Assembly (NCBI GenBank): GCA_013360215.1
Contig: JABWCP010000008.1
Coordinates: 1-64,000 of the forward strand
DNA length: 64,000 bases
Reading direction: 5' to 3'
Origin: a bacterium
GTDB taxonomy: Bacteria > CLD3 > SB21
In this document: positions 9,842 to 20,394 of the stretch, one piece after another
Layout: the number at the start of each line of letters is the position of its first letter
How positions within the stretch are numbered: position 1 is the stretch's first letter
Program-made: the position numbers and the translations under genes
Notes under the pieces: generated by a model
What the model was told of the DNA's origin: nothing
The model's database searches: none
What the model saw: the letters and a program-made list of their open reading frames with translations, nothing else

Positions 9842-12211
9842 ATGATACATAACTACTTCATCATCGCTTTCAGGAATCTGTACAGAAAAAAAATGTACAC
9901 ATTTATCAATTTATTCGGCCTGAGCGTTTCGATCGCGGTGTGCATCGTCGGCTACCTTATTTGGGATTATAGTTATCACTTTGATCAGTTTCACGAAAAC
10001 GCCGAACGCATTTATCACATCGGAACCACACGGGTGATCAATGAACAGGATCAAATTTTTGGAATTTCTCCTCTGCCATTAGCCCCGGCACTGGCACGGG
10101 ATTTTTCGGGCGTAAAACACGCCGTACGATTTGCCAATCAGGTAGCCATCGTCCGAGTCGGTGATAAAGTATTTAATGAGTCCATACACTTCGCGGACGA
10201 ACAATTTTTCGATATGTTTCGCTTTGAATTGGAACAAGGTCGCTACGATGCTTTAAAAAGCAAAACCGATCTCATCATCACCCATGACATGGCGATGAAA
10301 TATTTCGGCGAAACGAACGTGGTCGGTCAATCCATCACGATAAGTTATGCCAATGAAGTTAAACACACTTATACCATCGGCGGCGTGCTAAAAACCATTC
10401 CGCGTAACTCGAGTTTGCAGTTTGGTTTTTTGCTTTCAACCGAAATTCTATCGGATCTCGGCGTTGACGAACGTAATAACTGGAGTCATGTGACGGGTGC
10501 GACCTTTATCGAAGTGCATCAGGCCGAAACCATTCAACAGATCAAAGACAATGAATCTAAATACATTGAATTGGTTCGATCCGCCAACACCCGTTTTCCG
10601 ATAAGCCATCTCGTCATCACACCACTCAAGGATCTGGCCATAGAAGGAGAAAACTTCCGGAGTCACGATTTGCAAGATGCGCCGCCGCCGTCAGCACGCA
10701 TAACTTTGTTTATCACGGCCATTCTGCTCCTCGTGATGTCGTGCTTTAACTACATGAACACCTCGCTCGCCATGGCCACGGCAAGACTTAAAGAAATCGG
10801 AATTCGGAAGGTAATGGGCAGCCCGCGCACACAGCTGATTTTTCAATTTTTGACGGAAAATGTTCTGCTTTGTGTTCTTGCTATCTTTGCAGCTTTCGGA
10901 TTGGCTGAGTTTTTGGTTCCCGGATGGAATGCGCTTTTTTATGACATTCAACTTTCTATGGACGAATCGAAAACTTCCGGCTTGTGGTTATTTCTTATCG
11001 GGCTCGTCGGCTTAACAGCGGTCGGTGGCGGATTGTATCCGGCCTATGTCATCAGCGCGCACAATCCGGCTAAAATTCTGCAAGGGCATCAATCCAAAAC
11101 TACGGCGAGTTGGATCATGAAAGTGATGCTGACATTACAGTTTTCGGTCTCTATCATAGCCGTCGTCGGCAGCGTCGTGTTTTCACAAAATGCAGAGTAT
11201 CAAAAAAATTTAGACCTAGGGTATGAACCGGAAAAGCTCATCGGTGTGGTTATTCAGAAGAGCTCCATGTATCCGGTACTTTCGAACGCACTCATGCAGA
11301 ATGCACCAATCGAAAGCGTATCGGCCGGACGAAATCACATTTTGTATTCATCTTGGCGAAGAACTATCAAAGTCGTTGATCGTGATATCGAAGCGGAATT
11401 TTTATATGTACGTCCCGGATATACTGAAACCGTCGGGTTGAGGTTGGCCGAAGGCCGTTTCTTTGATACATCCAAACCGCTCGATTTGACGGAATCGATC
11501 GTGATCAACCGCAGGATGGCCAAAGAGCAAGGTTGGGGAAATCCTATCGGACAGACCATGGTTATTGATTCGGTGACGTGCCGTGTCATCGGTGTCGTAG
11601 AAGATTTTTATATCCGCGGCCCTTTTCGACCGATATTGCCCTGCGTTTTTAAAGCGGCCAAAGAAGACAGTTATAGATTTGTAATCGTCAAGGCCGATCA
11701 AACTAACATCCATGCTGCGATGCATTCTGTGGAAGAAACATGGAAAAAACTTTTTCCTGAGATGCCCTTTGAGGGATTTTATCAGGAAACACAAACGGCC
11801 AACGCGGCCGAACTTAGCAAGAGTATCATGCTCGTGTTTTTCTACGTAGCACTCATGGCGATCGTTATTTCCGGTATGGGCCTCTTTGCGCTCGTGTCGC
11901 TAAATATCGTACGGCGAACTAAGGAAATCGGTATCCGTAAAGTACTAGGCGCATCGGCACTACAGATCATGCGTATGATGAATTCGGATTTTATCATTCT
12001 TTTATTGATCGCCTCCGTCATCGCCGATGTCGCCGGGTTTTTCCTTTTCAAAGCGCTTCTGGGAAGTATTTACAGATACCACGTGGAAGTCGGAATCACG
12101 GCTCTCATACTGGCCAATATTGCAGTTCTCCTGATCGGATTGGCGACGATTACAGGTCGTGTTCTCAAAGCAGCGCGCGCCAATCCGGTAAACGCATTAA
12201 AATATGAGTGA
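9842..12211 (+). CDS. ABC permease, double MacB_PCD+FtsX (3/12)
   Basis: RLKEIGIRKVMG; RTKEIGIRKVLGAS; NPVNALKYE. Confidence 0.93.
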   Translation: MIHNYFIIAFRNLYRKKMYTFINLFGLSVSIAVCIVGYLIWDYSYHFDQFHENAERIYHIGTTRVINEQDQIFGISPLPLAPALARDFSGVKHAVRFANQVAIVRVGDKVFNESIHFADEQFFDMFRFELEQGRYDALKSKTDLIITHDMAMKYFGETNVVGQSITISYANEVKHTYTIGGVLKTIPRNSSLQFGFLLSTEILSDLGVDERNNWSHVTGATFIEVHQAETIQQIKDNESKYIELVRSANTRFPISHLVITPLKDLAIEGENFRSHDLQDAPPPSARITLFITAILLLVMSCFNYMNTSLAMATARLKEIGIRKVMGSPRTQLIFQFLTENVLLCVLAIFAAFGLAEFLVPGWNALFYDIQLSMDESKTSGLWLFLIGLVGLTAVGGGLYPAYVISAHNPAKILQGHQSKTTASWIMKVMLTLQFSVSIIAVVGSVVFSQNAEYQKNLDLGYEPEKLIGVVIQKSSMYPVLSNALMQNAPIESVSAGRNHILYSSWRRTIKVVDRDIEAEFLYVRPGYTETVGLRLAEGRFFDTSKPLDLTESIVINRRMAKEQGWGNPIGQTMVIDSVTCRVIGVVEDFYIRGPFRPILPCVFKAAKEDSYRFVIVKADQTNIHAAMHSVEETWKKLFPEMPFEGFYQETQTANAAELSKSIMLVFFYVALMAIVISGMGLFALVSLNIVRRTKEIGIRKVLGASALQIMRMMNSDFIILLLIASVIADVAGFFLFKALLGSIYRYHVEVGITALILANIAVLLIGLATITGRVLKAARANPVNALKYE

Positions 12212-12228
12212 TCAAGGATAATAATATT

Positions 12229-14622
12229 ATGGTAAAGAATTTTTTGATCGTGGCCATGCGCACCATGCGCAAACACAAATCGTACACTATCATGAATGTG
12301 GCCGGTCTCGCAACCGGGTTGGCGTGCTTCATGGTCATTGCCATGTATGTTCGCCGCGAAACGGAGTTTGATACCTTTCAAAAAAATCCCGATCGCCTTT
12401 TTCGTATAGCACTGCATCGGGAAAATACCGGCTCTCCACAGCCTATCGCAACCGTATCGCACAGTGTCGCCGACATCCTTCGCCGGGAATCCCCGGGTAT
12501 TGAATCCATGGCACGTTTATTTCGATTTGATCAAGACGCCGTCATTTTGACGGGCGATAAAAAATTTACCGAGCCGGATTTGATGTTCGCCGAACCGGAT
12601 GTTTTCGACCTTTTGAGTATCGAACTGCTGAATGGCAGTCCTGCTAATGCTTTAAAAAATCCTACGGACGCCGTTTTATCGGAAGCCAGTGCTCGTGCCT
12701 ACTTCGGGCATACCGACGTGATCGGACAGAATATCCGCGTTCGCATCAATACACGCTACGCCGATTTCAAGATTACGGGCGTATTCAAAAACTATCCCTC
12801 CAACTCGCATTTTTATACCAACGTATTATTGGGATTTGACGGAGTAAAAAATTACGTCGGTGATTTGGATTTTTTTCAGAGCTGGTTTAATTACCCCATG
12901 TGGACATACCTGCGCATTAAGGATATCAACGATGAAGCATCGGTTAATGCCGCACTCCATCAGATCGTCGAGCGCCACTTTCCTCAAACGCGCAAGCCGT
13001 CGCACATGCAGCTCCAGCGCGTCACGGATATCCACCTTCATTCACAAATGGGCGGAGAAATTAGACCGAATAGCAATATTTTTTACATCTACACGTTTAC
13101 GATTATCGGGCTGCTTCTTTTGATCGTAGCTTGTGTAAACTACATCAACCTTTCGACCGCTCAATCGGAACAACGTACGCGCGAAGTCGGCGTACGCAAA
13201 GTTATGGGCGCCCGCCGCAGGGAATTAATATTTCAATTTTTGATGGAATCCGTTCTGCAAAGTATATTTGCATTGGGTCTTGCCTTGGGATTGGCCGAAG
13301 TGCTGGCATCCGTCCTCAACCGATTCACGGATCTTCAACTCACATTCGATTATTCGGATCCGTTTTTATTTATATTTTCGGCGTTTCTGATCGTGGTCGT
13401 CGGCGTCGGTGCAGGTTTTTATCCGGCTGTGGTTCTGTCCGGTTATGCGCCAATCCGAAATTTAAGAATGAAGGCTTTTCGTCGCCGGTTTCCCCTCCGA
13501 AAAATACTGGTTATTGTTCAGCTTTCGGTGACCGCTGCACTCATCAGCGCGGTTTGGATCATTCAGCTTCAGATCAACTACGTTCGCTCCAAAGAACTTG
13601 GATTTAATAAAGATCACACCGTTTTGATACGTGCGATCGGGAGCACGGTAGCCTCTAACCTGAACTACGATCGTTTTAAATACCAATGCGAACAATTGCC
13701 CGGTGTGATTTCAGTCACACGTCATTCATGGGTGGCAGGCGAGGGGTTTCGAATCCGGTCCGTCGGTTTTGATTCTTTTTCAGAAGAGCAGCGCCAACCG
13801 ATACAATTTATCTTTGTAGGCGAGGATTATCTCAAAACGTACGATCTGAAGCTTATTGAAGGGCGTGACTTTTCCGCACAGTACCCGGCTGACACAGCCG
13901 GTGCATATATCGTAAACGAAGCCGCCGTCAGAGCGTACGGGCTGACCAATCCTATCGGACGCATAGTCGTCAGCGGCGATCGCGGCCCGGTTCGCGGACC
14001 CATCGTAGGGGTGGTCAAAGATTTTCATTTTGCGAGTTTGCACGAAGCCATCGAACCGATGGTCATCGGATTATTCCGATTCCCGATGCCTTACATCTCC
14101 GTACGATTTGACGGCCAAGCAACGCCGGAAACCATCGGCGCCATCGAACGTTTATGGAATAACATTGATACGGAACGCCCGATGGACTATAGCTTTTTAG
14201 ATACACGTATCGAGCGCGTCTATCGTTTTGAAAATCAACTTTCGGCCATAACCAAATTATTCACGATCTTATCCATGATCATCGGCTGCATGGGTTTATT
14301 TGGCCTTATCGCAGCAATGGCTGAAAAACGCACCAAAGAAATCGGCATTCGCAAAGTATTGGGCGCATCAATCTGGGGCATAATCGGAATGTTTGCCCGC
14401 GAATTCTCGGTCATGGTCATTGTCGCCACGCTTTTAGCTGTTCCGACCGTGTATTCCGGTCTATCCCAATGGCTCGAAGGATTTGCATATCGTGTGGAGC
14501 TGACGGCTGAACCCTTTATCGTATCCTTTATCGCGATCTTGTTTTTAACGGTTATTACAGTCACTCATCATGCATTGAAAGCCGCGAAAACTAATCCGGC
14601 GGTATCGCTCAAATCGGAATAG
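12229..14622 (+). CDS. ABC permease, double MacB_PCD+FtsX (4/12)
   Basis: Same motifs; ATG 12229 preferred over GTG 12208 (AAGGA SD, matches paralogue N-termini); ends NPAVSLKSE. Confidence 0.92.
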   Translation: MVKNFLIVAMRTMRKHKSYTIMNVAGLATGLACFMVIAMYVRRETEFDTFQKNPDRLFRIALHRENTGSPQPIATVSHSVADILRRESPGIESMARLFRFDQDAVILTGDKKFTEPDLMFAEPDVFDLLSIELLNGSPANALKNPTDAVLSEASARAYFGHTDVIGQNIRVRINTRYADFKITGVFKNYPSNSHFYTNVLLGFDGVKNYVGDLDFFQSWFNYPMWTYLRIKDINDEASVNAALHQIVERHFPQTRKPSHMQLQRVTDIHLHSQMGGEIRPNSNIFYIYTFTIIGLLLLIVACVNYINLSTAQSEQRTREVGVRKVMGARRRELIFQFLMESVLQSIFALGLALGLAEVLASVLNRFTDLQLTFDYSDPFLFIFSAFLIVVVGVGAGFYPAVVLSGYAPIRNLRMKAFRRRFPLRKILVIVQLSVTAALISAVWIIQLQINYVRSKELGFNKDHTVLIRAIGSTVASNLNYDRFKYQCEQLPGVISVTRHSWVAGEGFRIRSVGFDSFSEEQRQPIQFIFVGEDYLKTYDLKLIEGRDFSAQYPADTAGAYIVNEAAVRAYGLTNPIGRIVVSGDRGPVRGPIVGVVKDFHFASLHEAIEPMVIGLFRFPMPYISVRFDGQATPETIGAIERLWNNIDTERPMDYSFLDTRIERVYRFENQLSAITKLFTILSMIIGCMGLFGLIAAMAEKRTKEIGIRKVLGASIWGIIGMFAREFSVMVIVATLLAVPTVYSGLSQWLEGFAYRVELTAEPFIVSFIAILFLTVITVTHHALKAAKTNPAVSLKSE

Positions 14623-14665
14623 ATGTTTTCTATTTATCACAACCTTTCAAGAAACGTGAGGTTTT

Positions 14666-17083
14666 ATGTTTATAAATTATTTACAAACGGCAATCCGAGT
14701 ATTACAGCGTAACCGCAGTTATACTCTCATCAATGTGGTCGGTTTATCCATTGGCATATCCAGTGCATTGATCATTTTTAGCATTCTGCATATTCACACC
14801 GGTTTCGACCGTTTCCACAGTAAAAAAGATCGCATCTATCGTGTCGTGACGGATTCCGATGACAACGGAAAAGTAAATCACACGCAGGGTTCGCCTATAC
14901 TTTTGGCTACAGCGATGCAATCCGACCTTTCACAGGTAGAGTTTGCGACACGTACTTATTATGCCGACAACGATAACGGGTTGATTTCTATTTATGATAC
15001 TCAAGGCGGGGCCTCGGCTAAATTCAAAGAAGATGAAGGAGTTGCTTTTGTTGAGCCGGAATTATTCAAAATTTTTGATTTTCCGCTTATCCATGGTTCG
15101 TCCGAAAAATTGAGCGAACCATTCACGGCGATCCTCACCGAATCTATCGCTCGCAAATATTTCGGCTCATCTGACGTACTTGGGCGTACGTTTCGCTTTG
15201 ATAACAAATTTGATTTTAAAATAGTCGGTGTCGCAGCCGATTTTCCGGTCAACACAGAATTGCCCTTTCGCGTAATGATGTCGCTAGAGTCGGGTCGTAA
15301 TAATCCGGATGCGGTGCTCGGATTAAATCTCTCTTCATGGGGCAACCTCTCCAGCAATACCAATACCTGGGTATTACTCAAAGAAGGTGCTACCGCAAAA
15401 GAATTGGAAGATCAACTACCGGCGCTTTCCAAAAAGCATCAGCCGGTTTCCGACATCACCCGCAACTACCGCGTACAACCGTTAGCCGATGTACATTACG
15501 CCACAGATTACGATTCGTATTCCGGTCAGACGACCGACCGATCCACATTATACGCGCTTTTTTTTATAGCCCTTTTTTTAATTGCTACGGCATGCATCAA
15601 TTTCATCAACCTTGCTACGGCACAAGCTGTACGTCGTGCGAAAGAGATCGGTGTGCGCAAAGTGCTCGGCGCCAACCGTACTCAACTCGTTATCCAATTC
15701 CTCGGCGAAACGTTTTTGATTACGATGCTTTCTGTTCTTATCGGCGTTATGATATGCGAACTCACGTTACCGTTTGTACTCAACGCCTTAACGCTTCAAG
15801 CCTTCAAAACACCGATTGATACATTCACGATATTCTTTGTATTATCGGCAATTACTTTTTCGGTCACACTTTTCTCCGGTTTCTATCCGGCAATGATTTT
15901 GTCCGGTTATCGCCCTGCCTTCGTTTTGAAGTCCTCTCAATCATCCGAACATGCCGGCGGTTTGCTGCTGCGGCGCGGGTTAGTGATGATTCAGTTTGTA
16001 ATATCCCAATCGCTCATCATAGCGACGCTTGTAGCGGTAGGCCAGTTAGATTTTTTACGCACCAGAAATATCGGGTTTTCCAAAGATGCCGTCGTCACGG
16101 TGCCGTTACCCAACGCTGAACCGCAACAACTGGAAAGTTTACGATCTCGGTTTTTAGAATTTTCAGGCATCGAGGCGGTTACGTTCGGATATGCAGCCGG
16201 TGCCGTTAATTTTAGCTGGAATACCATCATGCGTCATATGCACGATGGCAAAGAAGAACGCATTCGAACGATGATGCGGGTTGCCGACGCGTATCACATC
16301 CCTACGATGGGATTACAAATGATCGCCGGGCGAAATTACACCAAGAGCGACACACTGAATGAAATCGTGGTCAACGAAACGTTTGTCAAAACCATCGGCT
16401 GGACATCGCCACAAGACGCAGTCGGTAAAATCATGATGCGCGGCAACAACAAAACTGTGCCGATCGTCGGTGTCGTCAAAGACTGGAATACAAACTCCTT
16501 ACATTCTCGGATTCGTCCCGTCGTACTGGGAAATTATGCCCCTATGTATCGTGAGGCCGGCATCAAAATACGAATGACACAGTCAACTGAAGCAATGGCA
16601 CATATTCAAAAAGTATGGAATGAAACGTTTCCCGAATACGTTTTTTCATTCGAATTTCTGGATGAACGCATCGAACGTTTTTATCAAAATGAACGCCTCA
16701 CATCAAATCTGTTTACCACTTTCGCCGGTATTGCTATTCTCATCGGATGTCTCGGTTTATTTGGTTTGGTAGCTTTTATGGTCAATCGCAAAACCAAAGA
16801 AATAGGTGTCCGTAAAGTACTTGGCGCCTCTATTGTCGATATATTAAAGATTTTCGCCGGTGAGTTTTCCCGATTAATAGTTGTTGCATTTATTATCGCA
16901 GCGCCACTGACTTACTGCATCATGCAAGAATGGCTTCAGGATTTTGAGTATCGCGTTGCCATCGGAACCGATGTGTTTGTATTAGCACTTTGTGTTTCAC
17001 TTTTGATCGCTGCCGTATCGGTGGGTTATCAGGTGTTGCGCGCTGCACGCGCCAACCCCGTGCATGCGTTGAAATATGAGTAA
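14666..17083 (+). CDS. ABC permease, double MacB_PCD+FtsX (5/12)
   Basis: ACINFINLATAQAVRRAKEIGVRKVLGA; NPVHALKYE; most similar by eye to paralogue 2. Confidence 0.93.
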   Translation: MFINYLQTAIRVLQRNRSYTLINVVGLSIGISSALIIFSILHIHTGFDRFHSKKDRIYRVVTDSDDNGKVNHTQGSPILLATAMQSDLSQVEFATRTYYADNDNGLISIYDTQGGASAKFKEDEGVAFVEPELFKIFDFPLIHGSSEKLSEPFTAILTESIARKYFGSSDVLGRTFRFDNKFDFKIVGVAADFPVNTELPFRVMMSLESGRNNPDAVLGLNLSSWGNLSSNTNTWVLLKEGATAKELEDQLPALSKKHQPVSDITRNYRVQPLADVHYATDYDSYSGQTTDRSTLYALFFIALFLIATACINFINLATAQAVRRAKEIGVRKVLGANRTQLVIQFLGETFLITMLSVLIGVMICELTLPFVLNALTLQAFKTPIDTFTIFFVLSAITFSVTLFSGFYPAMILSGYRPAFVLKSSQSSEHAGGLLLRRGLVMIQFVISQSLIIATLVAVGQLDFLRTRNIGFSKDAVVTVPLPNAEPQQLESLRSRFLEFSGIEAVTFGYAAGAVNFSWNTIMRHMHDGKEERIRTMMRVADAYHIPTMGLQMIAGRNYTKSDTLNEIVVNETFVKTIGWTSPQDAVGKIMMRGNNKTVPIVGVVKDWNTNSLHSRIRPVVLGNYAPMYREAGIKIRMTQSTEAMAHIQKVWNETFPEYVFSFEFLDERIERFYQNERLTSNLFTTFAGIAILIGCLGLFGLVAFMVNRKTKEIGVRKVLGASIVDILKIFAGEFSRLIVVAFIIAAPLTYCIMQEWLQDFEYRVAIGTDVFVLALCVSLLIAAVSVGYQVLRAARANPVHALKYE

Positions 17084-17106
17084 CTAAGTTTTTTAGATAT
17101 AAAACA

Positions 17107-19497
17107 ATGGGATGCTTCATGTTCAAAGTTTACCTGAAAATTATTTTACGAAACTTTCTGAAAGAACGTTCTTTCGTCTGGATCAACCTGATCGGATTAT
17201 CGGTCGGACTACTCTGTTGTTTTACGATCTTACTCTACGCGCGTAAGGAATTGGCTTACGAAAATTTTCACGTTAACAAGGAACACATTTACCGTGTATT
17301 GCCGCGGATCCAAGGCGGCGCCAACGATTATGAACAAATTTGGACACCGGCATGGCTTGCCCCGTCCGCTAAAAATAAAATTCCCGAGATTCGCCTCGCT
17401 TCGCGATACATCCATTTGGGATCGGAACAACTGATCACGCATGAAAACCAACGTATGCTTACGGACGGATTAGCTTTGGCCGATCCGGATTTTTTACACA
17501 TGTTCTCTTTTACGGAACCGTTCACGTCCGGCATGAATCCGCTCAGCGATCCTTCGGCACTGATTGTCTCCCGTTCCGCTGCGTATCGTATGTTTGGAGA
17601 TCAATCTCCGATCGGGAAAACCATAACACTCAATGGTTCCCACGTCTTTACGATCAAAGCCGTATTTACGGATGTACCGGTCGAATCCCATCTACAATTT
17701 GAAATGCTGGGTCATTTTCAGCGCATTCGCGAAATCTGGGGAATGGATACGACACCGGAAGAAAATACCAGTTGGAATTTTGCAACCTACCTGATGACAA
17801 CGCCCCAAGCCGATATCAGCGCGGTACAGTCTAAAGTGCTCAATATTTTCGAAGAACGTGCTCCGCGGAAAAATCAGCGCACGATCCGACTACAGTCTCT
17901 CAACGATATTCATTTCACGCAAGGTATCCGCCGTGATAACGCCGACGGAAATTGGACTTCACTGATCGCGCTTTGCAGCGTCGCCGTATTGGTCGTACTC
18001 ATCGCATGTTTCAATTTTACCAATCTGATGACAGCCAAAGCGATGCGACGCGCCAAAGAAATCGCCGTGCGAAAAATTTCCGGCGCAAGCCGGTGGCTCA
18101 TAGCTCTGCAGTTTATCAGCGAAGCACTTATGCTGTCGGTTTTTGCTACCGTCTTGGCTATCGGGATGCTGGAAGGCTTACTTCCTCTTTTACGTCATTA
18201 TCTCGACATATCTATTCCTTTTACCTATACCGAACACGGTCCCTGGTTAGGCATTATGATCGGCGTCGGAGTATTGACCGGGCTCATCGCCGGTTTTTAC
18301 CCCGCATGGGTTTTATCATCCTTTGAACCCGCGCGCACCATCAAAGGCGTGACCAAACTTCCGGTGGCCAATAAACTCCGCAAAGGATTGGTTTTATCCC
18401 AATTCACCGTTTCGATCATTCTTGCATCGTGCACGGTGATTGTTTGGCAACAAATCAACCACATGAAAGAATTTAACCTCGGCTTTCAAAAAGAACAGAT
18501 TATCGTGACCTCCGCCCCGGGTTCATTGCGTGAAAAACCTGAAGCCGTACGTCAACAGCTCACCAACGACGGATCAATCATATCCGTAACATTTGCCAAC
18601 TCCGTACCCGGCAATGCTTTTTCGCATGGTCCGTATGAAATACTGGGCGGAACGGAAAACGGACGCATTTCTATCAATACCATATATGCGGATGCGGAAT
18701 ATTTGAAGACACTTAACATAGCGTTATCCGAAGGGCGTTACTTTTATCCGGAACATGCGGCAGAGAACACGGATTATTATGTGGTCAACGAAGCTTTTAT
18801 GAAAGCTTACGGAAAATCGGATTTTCAAACGATGCGCTTGCGTTCATTGGACGGAAATCATGATAAACCGGGATCAATCGTCGGCGTTGTCAAAGACTTT
18901 CATTATGCGTCACTTAAAAGCACCATCGCACCATTGGTCCTGCGCTACGCGCCGGCAGAATCCTGGCGCATGATTATTCGTGTCGCACCGCAACAAACAA
19001 AACAGGCTATCACAAAACTTTCGTCCGTGTGGCAAACTATGGCGCCGGAAATTCCGATGACGTACCGCTTTCTTGACGAAGTGTTTGACAAACAATACAA
19101 ACAGGAAGATCGCCTGCATCACCTGATGATTGGCTTTTCGGCACTGGCCATTCTTATTGCAGGGCTTGGCCTCTATAGCATGGTGGCGTATTACAATGAG
19201 CAGCGTACCAAAGAAATCGGAATTCGCAAAGTTTTGGGCGCCACGATCACGGATGTATTGTATCTGATGTCGCGCGATTATGTCGGAATGGTCGTACTGG
19301 CAAACATCATTTCATTCCCTCTGATTTATTTTATGATGAATCGCTGGCTGGACGATTTTGCGTATCGCGTTGCCGTTCGATGGGAAATCATGGCTATTAC
19401 AGGAATATTGACATTGGGACTGACACTCATCATGGTGGGAATACAATCATGGCGCACGGCTTCCGCCAATCCGATCCATGCACTCAAATACGAATAA
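17107..19497 (+). CDS. ABC permease, double MacB_PCD+FtsX (6/12)
   Basis: RAKEIAVRKISGA; RTKEIGIRKVLGA; NPIHALKYE; alternative start 17119. Confidence 0.92.
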   Translation: MGCFMFKVYLKIILRNFLKERSFVWINLIGLSVGLLCCFTILLYARKELAYENFHVNKEHIYRVLPRIQGGANDYEQIWTPAWLAPSAKNKIPEIRLASRYIHLGSEQLITHENQRMLTDGLALADPDFLHMFSFTEPFTSGMNPLSDPSALIVSRSAAYRMFGDQSPIGKTITLNGSHVFTIKAVFTDVPVESHLQFEMLGHFQRIREIWGMDTTPEENTSWNFATYLMTTPQADISAVQSKVLNIFEERAPRKNQRTIRLQSLNDIHFTQGIRRDNADGNWTSLIALCSVAVLVVLIACFNFTNLMTAKAMRRAKEIAVRKISGASRWLIALQFISEALMLSVFATVLAIGMLEGLLPLLRHYLDISIPFTYTEHGPWLGIMIGVGVLTGLIAGFYPAWVLSSFEPARTIKGVTKLPVANKLRKGLVLSQFTVSIILASCTVIVWQQINHMKEFNLGFQKEQIIVTSAPGSLREKPEAVRQQLTNDGSIISVTFANSVPGNAFSHGPYEILGGTENGRISINTIYADAEYLKTLNIALSEGRYFYPEHAAENTDYYVVNEAFMKAYGKSDFQTMRLRSLDGNHDKPGSIVGVVKDFHYASLKSTIAPLVLRYAPAESWRMIIRVAPQQTKQAITKLSSVWQTMAPEIPMTYRFLDEVFDKQYKQEDRLHHLMIGFSALAILIAGLGLYSMVAYYNEQRTKEIGIRKVLGATITDVLYLMSRDYVGMVVLANIISFPLIYFMMNRWLDDFAYRVAVRWEIMAITGILTLGLTLIMVGIQSWRTASANPIHALKYE

Positions 19498-20371
19498 AAG
19501 TATGTTAATCACAAAAGACTCAATCATCATAGCTGATTTGAGAACACTTATTATTCTAATGATATCTTTGTATTTAACAGCTTGCTCTGCCATGCATCGT
19601 AAAAATCCTTCCGGATATATTGCCGAAACTTCTTTTTCTGTATGGTGGCAGGATTCGACTACCGGTATGAAATTTCGCCGTATCGAAGCGGGAAAATATA
19701 TGGCCGGTTTAGCTGAAAACGATACGGTCGCCCCCTTGCACGAGATACATATTACAAAACCGTTTTGGATGAGCGCGTATGAAGTAACACAACGCCAATG
19801 GTATATGATCATGCATGAGAATCCCAGTCAGTATTCTCATGATTGTTCAGATTGCCCTGTTGAAAACGTCAGCTGGTTTGATGTGAAAAGATTCATTGAA
19901 CATCTGAACAGCAAAACCGGTCGTCGTTACCGATTGCCCAGTGAGGCCGAATGGGAATATGCATGCCGTGCAGGTACGTCAACACCCTTCGCCACGGGAC
20001 ATACATTGAGTACGGATCAGGCCAATTACGATGGTAACTGGCCTTACGGCAAGTCCTCAAAAGGTATTTTCCGATCTCGCCCTTTGCCGGTAGGAAGTTT
20101 TGCTCCCAACACATGGGGCCTCTATGACATGCATGGTAACGTTTTAGAGTGGTGCGAAGATGACTATTGCCGATATAATCAGGAAACGGAGTATGATCCT
20201 GTACGGCGATGTGCCGGCGATCGAAAAATCATTCGCGGCGGAAGTTGGCACTTCGGAGGTGATCTGGCGCGTAGCGGCCGTCGCTATACTCATGAACCGC
20301 ATGATCGTGGACCAAGCTTAGGCTTTCGTCTTGTAATGGAAGATGTAAATACAAAAGAAAATAACCGTTAA
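19478..20371 (+). CDS. FGE/SUMF1-domain (sulfatase-modifying factor-like) protein, probable lipoprotein
   Basis: YEVTQ, PVENVSW, RLPSEAEWEYACRAG, GLYDMHGNVLEWC, RGGSW, LGFRL; LTAC lipobox; true start probably downstream (19502 or later). Confidence 0.88.
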   Translation: MHSNTNKSMLITKDSIIIADLRTLIILMISLYLTACSAMHRKNPSGYIAETSFSVWWQDSTTGMKFRRIEAGKYMAGLAENDTVAPLHEIHITKPFWMSAYEVTQRQWYMIMHENPSQYSHDCSDCPVENVSWFDVKRFIEHLNSKTGRRYRLPSEAEWEYACRAGTSTPFATGHTLSTDQANYDGNWPYGKSSKGIFRSRPLPVGSFAPNTWGLYDMHGNVLEWCEDDYCRYNQETEYDPVRRCAGDRKIIRGGSWHFGGDLARSGRRYTHEPHDRGPSLGFRLVMEDVNTKENNR

Positions 20372-20394
20372 TGCTTAAATAAACAGGGACCACC

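Noticed and set aside
3678-20371. Diversity-generating retroelement (Avd-like gene plus FGE/CLec-fold target)
   Set aside because: There is no reverse transcriptase in the window, and I found no adenine-variant template repeat matching the FGE 3' end (about 20230-20335). A remote TR/RT elsewhere in the genome cannot be excluded.
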